Origin: Thalia democratica
Taxonomy: Eukaryota
Direction: 5' to 3'
Assembly (NCBI GenBank): GCA_965202585.1
Contig: OZ241829.1
Location: 35,464,001 to 35,528,000, forward strand
DNA length: 64,000 bases
In this document: piece after piece, positions 1 to 11,237 of the stretch
Position numbering within the stretch: position 1 is the first letter of the stretch
Layout: each line of letters opens with the position of its first letter
Translations under genes and position numbers: made by a program
Notes under the pieces: model-generated
Told to the model about the DNA's origin: nothing
The model's database searches: none
Seen by the model: the letters and a program-made list of their open reading frames with translations, nothing else

Positions 1-88
1 GCCCTTAATTTTCAGAAAAATATTATTTGATTCTTAAAAAGCCTATTACTAATTTGAAATTTTTAAAATTGTTTATATTTCATTGTTA

Positions 89-412
89 CAGGGTTGCCAA
101 AAAACCTGGAAAAGCCTGGAATTTGAAAACTTTTGTAAAAAACCTAAAATTTTTAACAATTTTAACATGTTAAGTAGTAAAATTTTGATTTGACTCAAAA
201 AATCTATCATATAGTTGAAAATTTTTTGTCATCATCAAAATATTTTTTATTAAATACCAAATTTTAAGTAGTATTACAGTATCTTTTCAATATTTTTATA
301 CTATTTAACACAGTTTATTACCTTAAACTTAACTTTAAATTAAAAATAGACCCAAAAATGTGTACTTTTAAAAACCTGGAGAAAATTTGCCAAAAAACAT
401 TTGGCAACCCTG
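89..412. mobile_element. Non-autonomous DNA transposon (MITE), CAGGGTTGCCA-TIR family A
   Basis: TIRs CAGGGTTGCCA (89) and TGGCAACCCTG (ends 412). Flanks ttgtta/ttttta match at 5 of 6 bases. Interior is similar to 2687-3059. Confidence 0.8.
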
Positions 413-707
413 TTTTTAGTATAATTTTTTTAAGGGCAATTTGAAAGTAAATCAAAATAAGAAAAAAGTGTTATAACTAGATTAATATGATGTGTGTAGA
501 ATAAAGTTTTATATTTCTATGATAAAGTGTTTTAATAAATTAATTTTTTACATATCACAATCTAATTATGGTCCTTGTAACAAAAACTATTAGTTTAAAA
601 TTTATAAGATTAAATTATACATATTAATTTATTTTGTACTACTAAGGCATTCCAGTCAAATAGTAATATTACCACTTTATTCTCAATAGACTTTTTTAGA
701 TCAAAAA

Positions 708-1184
708 ATGGAAAAAATCTACTTTTTTCTTTTTTTGTCTCTCCTAATGGCAAAAGGAAATTGTAACCATTGGACAACAAACTGGTGGAAAGAATATGTA
801 AGTAAAATACCAACGCAGTACAACATCAATAATGAACCTCTTACAGTTTGTAGCACTGACCCAATGACCGGTTGGTACAGAAATGGCAAATGCATGACTG
901 GCAAAAGGGACAGAGGAACTCATGTTGTCTGCGCAGTCATGACTCAAGAGTTTTTAGACTACACTGAAAGTAGAGGTAATCCTCTAGCTACACCAACCCG
1001 CTCTTTTCCTGGTTTGAAGGTAGGCGATCGTTGGTGTCTTTGCTCTTTAAGATGGAAAGAGGCTGAAGAAGCATTTAAAGCCCCATTGGTGGATATTAGT
1101 GCTACTCAAAAAAAAGTTTTGGATGATGTGGATGAAGATGTTCTAAGATCTTATGCTTTGAATGAGAAAGTCATACCAGTTTAA
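708..1184 (+). CDS. Secreted DUF2237-family protein, paralogue 1 (158 aa, intronless)
   Basis: Motifs PLTVCSTDPMTGWYRNGKC, THVVCAVMTQEFL and FPGLKVGDRWCLC..RWKEA match the DUF2237 consensus as I recall it. Hydrophobic N-terminus (YFFLFLSLLMAKG) looks like a signal peptide. Confidence 0.88.
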   Translation: MEKIYFFLFLSLLMAKGNCNHWTTNWWKEYVSKIPTQYNINNEPLTVCSTDPMTGWYRNGKCMTGKRDRGTHVVCAVMTQEFLDYTESRGNPLATPTRSFPGLKVGDRWCLCSLRWKEAEEAFKAPLVDISATQKKVLDDVDEDVLRSYALNEKVIPV

Positions 1185-2686
1185 AAATTTTATAAAACTT
1201 GATAAATTGGTTTGAGTTTTTTAACTCCTCACATAATGGGCTTCCTTGGTACACTTTTATACATTAAGTAGTAGTAGTAGTTTTTTTTAAATTATATACT
1301 TAAAAAACTTTATACTGTTTACATTTTTTGGTTTCTGTTTTGATTGTTTCTCATTAGTGTTTAGTTTCTACTTGTTTAGTCTAAAATAGTTCTTAAACGT
1401 ATCTATTCATCTTTTTTGTTTGCCTAGAAACTTTTAAAAGAATTAGTTTAAAAAATTTTGAGCGTATACTAAATTTATTAATGTTAAAATTCAAAGCTAA
1501 AAAACTTTAATTAAATGCACAGAGAAATTTAAAACTTAAAAATGAACAGTTTTGTTTTTTTTTTCCATAAAAACCTTTGTTTTTATGTACCATTAGTATG
1601 TTCTTAAACTATGTTATTTTGCACATTTTATCTAAAAATCATCAAACTTATAGTACCAATACCTACAACTTGCCAAATGAAGTGTTTCGTACTAAGAATA
1701 TTTAATTTAACAAACATTAACAACTGTATAGAAATTTTAACTTTGTTGTATAATAAAATTATTCACTACGATCTCTTTACTTAAACTAATACTATTAAAA
1801 AAATGTAAGTCATAAATAAGTTAACCAAGTTTTTATTAGCTTTATTAAATACATTCAGTAGACTAAACAATATACACTCTTAGAAATTTAAACTATAAGA
1901 AGTAAGCTATATACTTCAAAAAGTTATTTTTAAATATTTAGAACAAGTTTTATGCAATTGGATTTTCCCTGAGCCAGTTTATGCAGAATAAGTTTAACAG
2001 TTGTTTATGTAGATCAGACTAAATATTCAAGAGTATATAAACTAAGTTATACTTTAAGCTTTGAAACAAAGTTTATTATTGCTTACACAAATTTAGATTT
2101 TTTTTGCATATGTTATTATTTCAAGTTTATGTCTTAAACAGTTATGAACAAAGTTAATGCATCTAGTATAAAAATATAATATTTTATCTCTATAAATTTA
2201 GTATGTAAAGTTGATCTTATTATAAGTCATTTAAGTTTTTTATAACTTTTAAGTAGTTAAATTTTTATAAGCTAAAAGTATTGCTTTTATACAATAAAAG
2301 TGTTTAATTTGCTTAAAAGTTGGTTTTTGCTACTTTAAAAGTTTTTTTTTTTTGGTCATATAAAATATAAGGAAAATAAATGCCACCCTGGTTCTTAAAA
2401 TTTATATAAAAATGTATTGAGTTGGAAGTTATAAGTAAATAATAGCAATAACACTGCATACACTGCAAATATATATTTGTGCGTTAAAATTCAGGCTAGC
2501 TGTGGTTAATTTATTGTTTTCTCAAAAAAACTTTGTTCAAAAAATGTTTGCCTTGAACAGTTAATAGTCCTGGACAAGACATTAAACTGTATCCGTGGTG
2601 TATGACCGAAAGGTTTCTTGGTACGTTAGGTTAGACCAAATATTTTGAACCTTTTTTTTTTTGTATTTTAAACATAATGATAATAA

Positions 2687-3059
2687 CAGGGTTGCCAAAA
2701 TACCTTGTATCCTAAAAAAAAACCTGGAATTCGAGAAATTTTGAAAAGAACCTGGAATTTTAAACAATAAAAACCTGAAATTTTAAACAATTTTTACATT
2801 ATAAGTAGTAAAATTTCGATTTGACACAAAAAATCTATTGTATAAGTTTTTTTTTTTATCATCCAATTTTTTTAATTGATAAAAACATTTAAACAAGCTT
2901 TAAGATATCTTTTCAATGTTTTTATACTATATAACACAGTTTTTTTTACCTTAAACTTACTTATAAACTAAAAATAGACGCTAAATGTGTAATTTTAAAA
3001 ACCCTAGAAGGTATTTTGAAAACTCGGAGAAAATTTTCCAAAAACATTTGGCAACCCTG
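2687..3059. mobile_element. MITE, CAGGGTTGCCA-TIR family A, 6-bp TSD
   Basis: TIRs at 2687 and 3049-3059; taataa flanks both sides. Confidence 0.85.
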
Positions 3060-3542
3060 TAATAAAATACCATTCTATTAAACAATAAAATTTATATGGA
3101 CTTCTTTTAGATTCTTTTTGTTACTTCAGTTTCTACCAGAAAATAAAACCGTTTTGTCATAAAGTTTATAAAAATCTTGGTTGTTAATTTTTAAGCAGCT
3201 TAGCCAATTTAGGTCCTAAAAATATTGTTCTTTTATTTATAGGTTTATGTTTTTAAACTCCTTACATTTTTTTAATTGAAGCTATATCTTGAGCAGTACA
3301 TAATATAAATTGAAAAAAAAAAAGATTAATGTTTTAAACCATTCAAATTTCCATTTAACCAATAAACAGTAATAAAGGACAATAGTTATATGAACAGAAT
3401 ATATATCAACAGTTGATTTAATTAAATTAAGATTTAATGCTATATCTTAATTAAAAAGTAAATTTACTTGTTTTACTTTATGAGAAAAGGTGAGTTTTAT
3501 TTAAACTTTGAGTTTACTACAGATTTTAGAAGTTTATATGAA

Positions 3543-3980
3543 ATGGATAAAGTTTACTTCAGTCTAGTCATTTTGTTCATATTTGGGCGAATAGGAAATT
3601 GTGACCAAACCCAGTACAATGTAAACAATCAACCGCTTACAGTTTGCGGCACTAATCCAATGACCGGCTGGTACAGAAACGGAAAGTGTATGACCGACGT
3701 CAATGACTGGGGAACTCATGTAGTCTGCGCGGTCATGACCAATGAGTTTTTAGGCTACACCAAAAGTAGGGGCAACGACCTGTCCACACGAAGAGGCAGT
3801 TTTCCCGGTTTGAAGGTGGGTGATCGTTGGTGCCTTTGCTCTTTAAGGTGGAAAGAAGCTCATGATGCTGGAAAAGCTCCTTTGGTTGATATGAGTGCTA
3901 CTAACAAGAAAGTTTTGAACGATGTGGAAAAAGATATATTGAAATTGTATGCTGTGTCATCAAAAAAAGTTGAGTTGTAG
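3543..3980 (+). CDS. Secreted DUF2237-family protein, paralogue 2 (145 aa from ATG 3543)
   Basis: Same DUF2237 motifs as paralogue 1. ATG at 3543 begins a signal-peptide-like segment (MDKVYFSLVILFIFGRIGNC); the TTG start at 3468 in the ORF track is unlikely in a eukaryote. Confidence 0.86.
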   Translation: MDKVYFSLVILFIFGRIGNCDQTQYNVNNQPLTVCGTNPMTGWYRNGKCMTDVNDWGTHVVCAVMTNEFLGYTKSRGNDLSTRRGSFPGLKVGDRWCLCSLRWKEAHDAGKAPLVDMSATNKKVLNDVEKDILKLYAVSSKKVEL

Positions 3981-4944
3981 ATAAATTGAACTGCTAAAAC
4001 CTGGTTAGAGTAGAATGAAACTTTTAAGTTATCTAGCAGTCTTCCTTAGTGAGCTTGTAAATGTTTAGAATGGTGTACATAGTTTTTGTTTACATCTGAT
4101 AAACTTGTACATGTATCATCAGAGTGTTTTATCAAATTCTTTTTTTTTCAAGTTAGTTAGTTACACCTCTTATTTTCTTAAGTTTGTACAAGTGTATTTT
4201 ACTTATTCTAGTGAAGCAAAACTTTAGTTAAACATATTTCTACTCAATTTAATTTCTTTATTATTTTAAGACAAAATTATTTATGAAAATTCTAAGTTAG
4301 TAACACATTGAAGCCAATATCTTCATTCTTAAGCTAAATGATAAAATATTTCTGTACTGTTTGTTGCTACACAAGATAAACAGCTTAATCTCCTAAGATA
4401 TATTCTTTGTTCTTTTTGCTAAGTTAGTTCCAGTATATCTTTAAAGTTTTTGCTTTTTTTTTTCACTAGCTAGATAAAAACCCATCATGCTTACAATAAA
4501 AAGCTATGATTAAAAATAAATTCCATACTGTCATGTTAATTACATTTAGTACCATTGCTTAAATCAATTTAGATAAGTAAAGTGTAAACATTTATTTTAA
4601 AGTAGTTAGAATTTCGAAAATAAATAACTTAAAATAATTTATTTTATAATTACAAGTAATGCGACTATAATAATTTGTCTGTCTTAGTATTCAGTTTCCA
4701 AATATGTTATTTATTAAATGCGTCAATGCAGATTTTACCAATATAAATAATATTTTATAACCAATAGTTTATGCTTACAAATCTACAATATTCCTTATTT
4801 TAATTTATAATATTTTTCAAGAATTTTTTGTAGATAAATGTAATATTTTGCCTAAAACTATTTAAAGAAAATAATTTAGGGTTCAACTTTTTTATATATT
4901 ATTAATCCACTAGAAACTTTCCAAGTCTTAGTTTAGTTTTAGCT

Positions 4945-5212
4945 AAGGGTTGCCATTTGCTGAATTTAGTTTTTTAAAATTCAAAGCTCGTTACAGTTCT
5001 AAAATATTTTAAAAATATATGGTAATTTTAGAGTAACTCTAAAACTATTTCTATACTAACGATAGTACTTTTATTTTTCATGTTTTTTGCACACAAAATA
5101 GGTATGATTTTGAAATTATTTATGAATTTAGAAATTTAAAGTACTAGTCGAACACCAAGGTCTTGCCTATACTCTTAGGCTAGTTGTTTTTCTATAAAGA
5201 GTGGCAACCCTG
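4945..5212. mobile_element. Degenerate MITE with GGGTTGCCA TIRs
   Basis: aagggttgcca at 4945 and tggcaaccctg at 5202-5212; no TSD recognisable. Confidence 0.55.
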
Positions 5213-5383
5213 ATTACGTAGAAATTGTTTTTTTTTTTTTTGTTTAAATTATTACACAAATAACTTTAAATTTTTAACTTTTGCTTATAAAAACATTTTA
5301 ATAGCATTTTATTACACTATTCGTTTGAAATTCTGCTAACGTTTGTTCAAACTTTAGAGAGCGTAGTTTTATTTAAATTCAAA

Positions 5384-5827
5384 ATGGGCAAACTTCTACT
5401 GTTTCTCCTCATCGGAGCGTTGGTGATCTCGGGAGAGTGCAGGTACCGCAGGAGGCGCATGAAGACGCAGCTCAACGTGAACGATCAACCGCTCTCGGTT
5501 TGCAGCACCGACCCGATGACCGGCTGGTACAGGAACGGAAAGTGCATGACCGACAGCTACGACAGGGGAACTCACGTCGTCTGCGCGGTCATGACCGACG
5601 AGTTTTTGGAGTACACCAAGAGCAGGGGCAACGACCTGTCCACTCCCAGAAGCTACTTTCCCGGCTTGAAGGCGGGCGACCGCTGGTGCCTTTGCGCGTT
5701 GAGATGGAGGGAGGCTGAGAGGGCGGGCAAAGCTCCGCTGGTTGATATGAGCGCCACCAACAACAAAGCTCTCGTGTACAACAAGAAAAAAGTGTTGGAG
5801 TCGTACGATGCATCATCTCAAAACTGA
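5384..5827 (+). CDS. Secreted DUF2237-family protein, paralogue 3 (147 aa, GC-rich)
   Basis: DUF2237 motifs (CSTDPMTGWYRNGKC, HVVCAVMTDEFLEYTKSRGNDLSTPR, GDRWCLCALRW) and a signal peptide (MGKLLLFLLIGALVISGEC). Confidence 0.9.
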   Translation: MGKLLLFLLIGALVISGECRYRRRRMKTQLNVNDQPLSVCSTDPMTGWYRNGKCMTDSYDRGTHVVCAVMTDEFLEYTKSRGNDLSTPRSYFPGLKAGDRWCLCALRWREAERAGKAPLVDMSATNNKALVYNKKKVLESYDASSQN

Positions 5828-8680
5828 TTACGCTCAAACTTTCCAAAATATTTTTATTTTGACTTGGGTCACTAGGTGTTTGATTCGCCTTTATTATGTT
5901 TTGTCTTTTTTGAAGAGGTTCTTCTCTTTTTTTACTGTCACTTTTACTGTAATTTTCATTTAAATCATTAACATTATTTCTTCAAGCATTATGATCGTGT
6001 ATTTTTTATTATTATTCAAGTTTGTGTTTTTAACAAAAAAACTGCTTATAGTTTTTTTTTTTTTTTTTGAATCTTACGTTTAATTTTTTGTAAAATATGT
6101 ATAAAAACCAATAACAAACTGTTGCTTTTATTGAGATTTTATAATCGCTTTTTATTAATGTGTGTACATTTCTGCAATAAAAAAAAATTCACATCAGTTT
6201 GTTTATTTTAATAAAAAAAACACAGAAAGTTTGAACTAAATAATAGAATACAGCTTCTAATCATAAAACATAGCCTATAGTTTTATCATTGTTGATATAT
6301 GAAATTTAAATTTTTATAGAAGTAAAAAAAAAAAGTAAATAATGTTCATTGCAAGAGAAACTACTAAAAATAGCCATATTCTATAGTTTCGAAATCTTTT
6401 TTTACTCCTAATGAAAAAACCATTGAAAAAAAATTCAAGTAGATCTGATTGATAAAATTAGATAATTGGTCAGAATACGAATGGTTAGAGTTTAAACTAT
6501 TGTGTTACCTTAATACTGTTAGTTTTAATTGAAAACAAATCAAAAAAGTTGCAAGTATAGACCAAATTGGATATATTTTTAGATTTCTTTAAGTGAAAAC
6601 ATTACTTTTGATTATTTTCAAATTGTGATGTTGTATGAACTTAAAAAATATTTTGTACGGTTTTTAAAATTGTTGTTTATTGAACAATTTTAGAATACTG
6701 AATTCTTGAGTTTTTTGTCAAAGTCATAAAAAATAATTAAATCAGTTCTTGATAAATTTTTGTTTATGTTTTGGTATTAAATACTGACAAATATCGGTGT
6801 TTTTTTTTCATTTAACATTGTTTAAAAAGAGACCTCAATTTCAACCCGAGCTGAACTCCCACCGAATCAATTCAAAATAAATAAAAACTACGACCAAGAG
6901 TTGGAAGTAACAGTGATAATAATAAAAAGTTTCTAGTCGGAGTAGTGAGTATACCGTTTGAAATATCATACAAGCTTTTGTATTGTTGTAGAATGTTTGA
7001 TAACTGTTTACTTTTAAACAGTTCTCGTAAAACACTTAAAAATTTTTAACAGTTCAAAAGTATTTTGCGTCACCCATGACTGGTTAAAATGATTAAACAG
7101 AAACAACTTATTTGAATCACTTAATAAAAATAAAAGTATAATTTTTATAACCCTTAAATAATTACCTCGAAATTTTTACAGTAATCAATATTTTGTCTAA
7201 AGCAGAAACTTTTTTGTTACGACTTATACATCATTAACAATGTGCGATAGAATAGTAAAATCTTGAAAACGTAAAAAAAGCTAGAATCCTAGACATGTCT
7301 GACAAGTGACAATCTACTTCTCTTAAAAATAACCTGAATGATTAAGTTGTTTTTAAAACTATTTAGGTAACTATTTAAAGAACAAAATTAAATGCATAAT
7401 AACTGTAAAAGTAGCCAATTTTATATTTATAAAAATATTTTAGTTTTCAAAAATCTATAGATTAAAAAAACCCTGGATTATTGCTATAAAAAAAAACTAA
7501 CTTTGTTCTGCTTATATGTAGAGTATATTTTAAAATATAGATATTTATTAAACTATAAAGCAGAAAACTCCAGACTGATCGCTAAAATATGTTAGATGAA
7601 GTATATTAAGACTTCAAAAACGATTAAATATATTCTATTGTTTTTAACTGAGATTTAAAAGAACAATAGTACTAAAATAGTTGTTCATAATCTAAATAGC
7701 AAAATTAACGTTAGGTTATAAAGACGAAATACTCACGATTAGTTTTATTAATATAATAACAGAGTTAAACATATACAGCAAATATCAGAACTACAGGTGT
7801 AAATTTAAAAATTTTTATTTTTTGTAAGATAATTTATTAAAATACATGAAGAGATTAACAAACTCATCCAATAATATATATAAAACAACAACCTTCTTAT
7901 TATATAAATATTTGTTTATTGTACTTAATTTAATTTTAAAGCTTTAGCATTTTTCAGTTTTTTAGCATTTTTACAATTATTTTTTTTTCTAAATATTAAT
8001 TAACAACCAACTTTGATAGTTAATTTTAATTGTTAAACTGAGTTAAAAAGTTTACTGAAATTGAAAACGAAAAAAAAAGTTAGTTTATGAAGTCATTATG
8101 TCACTACTAATTGAGGTAAAATATGTATATCAACAATAAGTAAGGTAATGATTTTGTCTAAAGATTCTATCTAAAAATGTTTGAATTAATTTATTTAACT
8201 AAACAAACTTAAAAAGAAAAGCCATTTAAACGACTAAAAGCAGAACTTAAAACTATTTTTGTGTATGTTAAAACTTCATGCAGTTTAAAAATTTTGACTA
8301 AACAATTTCAATGTTCAACTACTTTAGAACTAAAAGGTAGTATGGTAGGAGTTATACAAAAATGTTTTTAGTTTTTGAGATTAATTAGTAGTATATTTCT
8401 AAAAACTAATACTGAGACTTACAAAATATATCTTGTTTATCTTGTTATGTTTTGGTTATTCTAGAAATTTTACTTAGAGTTTTATGTTTTATTAAATATA
8501 TTTTACTTTATTATGGTTTGTAAAATTTCTTAACACTGTTAAAGTTTCTTAACATTATGTGTTGATAACACTTAAAATTTATTTCATGTACTAAATGTAT
8601 TTATAAGTTTTATCACTTATTACAAACTATATGATAAACAATGAACTTCACCGCACGATCAACAACAACAGCATCCGAGA

Positions 8681-8731
8681 CAATCCTACGACCGGTTTCG
8701 TCCTAATTAGGACTCATCAGGCAAACGACCG
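8681..8731 (-). ncRNA. Minimal type I hammerhead ribozyme motif (Penelope/retrozyme-like)
   Basis: Minus strand reads CUGAUGA-GUCC(UAAUUA)GGAC-GAAA-CCGG-UC: intact core, perfect stem II and a palindromic CCGG mini stem III. Stem I is weak and G-U rich. Confidence 0.72.
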
Positions 8732-9273
8732 TTTGTGGGTAAAGTCCGAAAAATTGACGCAGTTACAAGTTTTATTAGTACGACCCGCAAAGTACTTATC
8801 ATTTATTAGCTTAAAAACTAAAAGTATGAAAATATTTGACTATTTTGTAACAAATATTTTGAAATTTGCTCTTAATTTGGTTTTCAGTAAACATTTTGTT
8901 TTTAAATTATTATTTCATTTTAATTACGCTATTTTTAAATTACATTGCCCAAGAGGACTTTACTAACAAATTTAAAAACTCGTTTACAACAAAAATTATG
9001 TCAGTTGACGCGTAGCCATTTGAAAAGTCTTTGCATAGATTAATTTTTTATATCTTAAAACCATAAAATTAACTCTCAAATAATAAAATAATTAAAAAAA
9101 AATTTTAAGAAATTTTTATTTATAGTTTGAACTAGGCAGTTTACCTAGTAGTTTTATAAGTTTAATTAGTAGTTTTATCAAAGTTTTCCAAGTTTTTCGT
9201 GTGAAACAAAGTTAATTTTTCACTTTTTTTTCCGTTAATCTAGTAAACATTGAAAGACTAGGGTACTTTACGG

Positions 9274-9651
9274 GGGTAGGTGTCAAAAATGTACAAAGGA
9301 ACATTTTTGCATAGGTTGAAACTTTTTATTTCTTTACGTTATTTTTTTTTTTCTATTTTTATTACTATCACTGCAACCCCCAACCCTTAGCCTTTGTCAG
9401 TAACTATTTTTTTCTGCTTGCTATTTATTTATTTTTACCCCTAACCCTTGCGGTAATTTTTTTCGTATTTTTATTTATTTTTACTAATGTTTTTATCCAT
9501 TTCCCTTGTTCGTTTTTTATTTATTTTCTTTTATTATATTTTTTTTACTCTCGTGAGAAAGTGTCACTTGTGCGAAATTGACCCTCCGTGCAAAAAGAAC
9601 TCATGCAAAAGTGTCTACGTGCATAATTGTCCTCTCGGGCAAAACGAACCC
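9274..9651. mobile_element. Non-autonomous TIR element, GGGTAG..GTCA family with TGCAAAAGTG subterminal repeats
   Basis: Left end gggtaggtgtcaaaaatgtac, internal CCCTAACCC tract and repeated gtgcaaaa units; inverted relative of 38342-38779. Confidence 0.6.
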
Positions 9652-9875
9652 ATTTGTACTTTTCGGACAGTTTCGGAATAACTATGTATATACTTTAAAA
9701 ATATTAGGTTTGTTAGGTTTTAATAAAGTTTTTAAAAAAAAGGCAAATAGTTTTTTAAACTGTTTTAAAGAGTTCTGAGCAAAGTTTTTTTTACTAACCC
9801 TATAGTACTTATTTTATAAAGATTAATTGATTAACTTTCGTTGAAAAAATATTTCATCCGTTGCTGTTAATAAGT

Positions 9876-9975
9876 TAGTCCTGGACAAAACGTTAAAAGG
9901 TATTCAAGTGGTGTGCGATTAGATAACCCAAAAGTTTTTTGTGCACCAGGTCCTAGGACCGAATATTTTGAACGT
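9876..9975 (-). repeat. Copy of the ~120-bp dispersed structured repeat
   Basis: Reverse-orientation match to 28053-28170 and 30446-30555. Confidence 0.7.
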
Positions 9976-10299
9976 TATAATTACAAATAAGAACGCTTTT
10001 CCCACTAAAAATTTGTTGAGCAATGCTTTCAAAATTTAACTAATTTCCTTTTCAAAACAAATTAGTACTTACTAAACTAGTTAATCAAACTAAATACAAT
10101 TAAACATAAAAAACAGTCAATTGAAAAATAATCAAGTTAATAATAAAAGCTAAAAAAGATAATTAGAACAAAAATGGACTATTAAAAAACGTTAAGTGTA
10201 ATTCTAGATCCTTTATCAGGACCCAGCTAATAATTAAGTTTTGGTTTGAATTTTTTAATCACAATTGTCTCAACTGCTAATAAACTTCTTCGTTTTTCA

Positions 10300-10610
10300 C
10301 AATATTTTGTTACATCATATCAGTTAAAAATATTATCGTAATTTAGACAAAATGAACCTAGTTCAATATATGAAAATACTGCACTACTTGTAGGCCTAGT
10401 GTGTTCTTTAATTATGACAAACAGTTGTCGCTCCGTTTCTCCAATATATAAGGTATCCAGGTCACCTGGACATTGAAACCTATAAACGACGCAATTTCTA
10501 TAACATTTGTCGATTCGATCTTTCGATGAGAAGTTGTTAGCAATTTTTGTTGTTCTAAAGGCTACTTTAATATCAATACTAATTGTCAATATTAATGAGA
10601 TTGGAAAATT
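10300..10610 (-). mobile_element. Penelope-like retroelement remnant (GIY-YIG endonuclease fragment)
   Basis: Translation VVYRFQCPGD...LYIGETERQLFVIIKEH is a typical PLE GIY-YIG motif. Confidence 0.8.
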
Positions 10611-11237
10611 GTAAAAATTAGATGTTCAATCTAAACCAAGCACTAAGAAAAAAAAATTAACAGTCCCTTAAGTTAAAAAATTTTCAGTAATACAAGTATA
10701 ACAAAATCGTTTGAGACAATTGGTATTGATATTAAAGTAGCCTTCAAAACAACAAAACGTGAAAACTAGTTCTAATTGAAAGATGAAATTAAAATTCATA
10801 ATTAGATTAAAATTCGAAAGAAAAATATATTTAGTAATATCTTAATACTTTTGATTATTTAACTTTTTGTATAAATTTTTTTTCAAAATATTTTATGATA
10901 TTTTTTCTAATTAAAAGTCTAACTTAATTAAACAAAATTAAACAAACTGTAATACCTTTGTTTCAAATATTAGATTTTTTACTCAATTTGTAAATCATAA
11001 TTTTTTTTCATGATTGCTTTAGTTTTAATTTACTACAGTATAATTTACTTTTAAACATAACAACTTTTATCGTACATACTAACTTTTAGGATTGGTTTTT
11101 AATTTCTAAGTAGAAAAAAATTGAACACAGCGATGTTCGGCCATAAAGTGCGGCTGTGCGTAACAAATAATGAGTACCTAAGTGGCAGTTACTGTAATCT
11201 ATTATTGTACAAAAATTTGATCTACCCCGCTTAAAAA

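Noticed and set aside
708-5827. Bacterial contamination as the source of the DUF2237 genes
   Set aside because: No operon or RBS structure; the flanks are AT-rich and carry the same MITE family found in an MRPS31 intron. Read-level confirmation is still advisable.
5437-5846. ORFs 5437-5718 (+) and 5589-5846 (-)
   Set aside because: Shadow frames kept open by the high GC of DUF2237 copy 3.
8631-8966. 111-aa ORF
   Set aside because: No recognisable protein features; the GC-rich part is explained by the antisense hammerhead motif.
9876-9975. Pistol- or twister-like ribozyme in the 120-bp repeat (GTCCTGGAC..GTTAAAA)
   Set aside because: The putative P1 pairing is not conserved among copies and the core motifs are missing.
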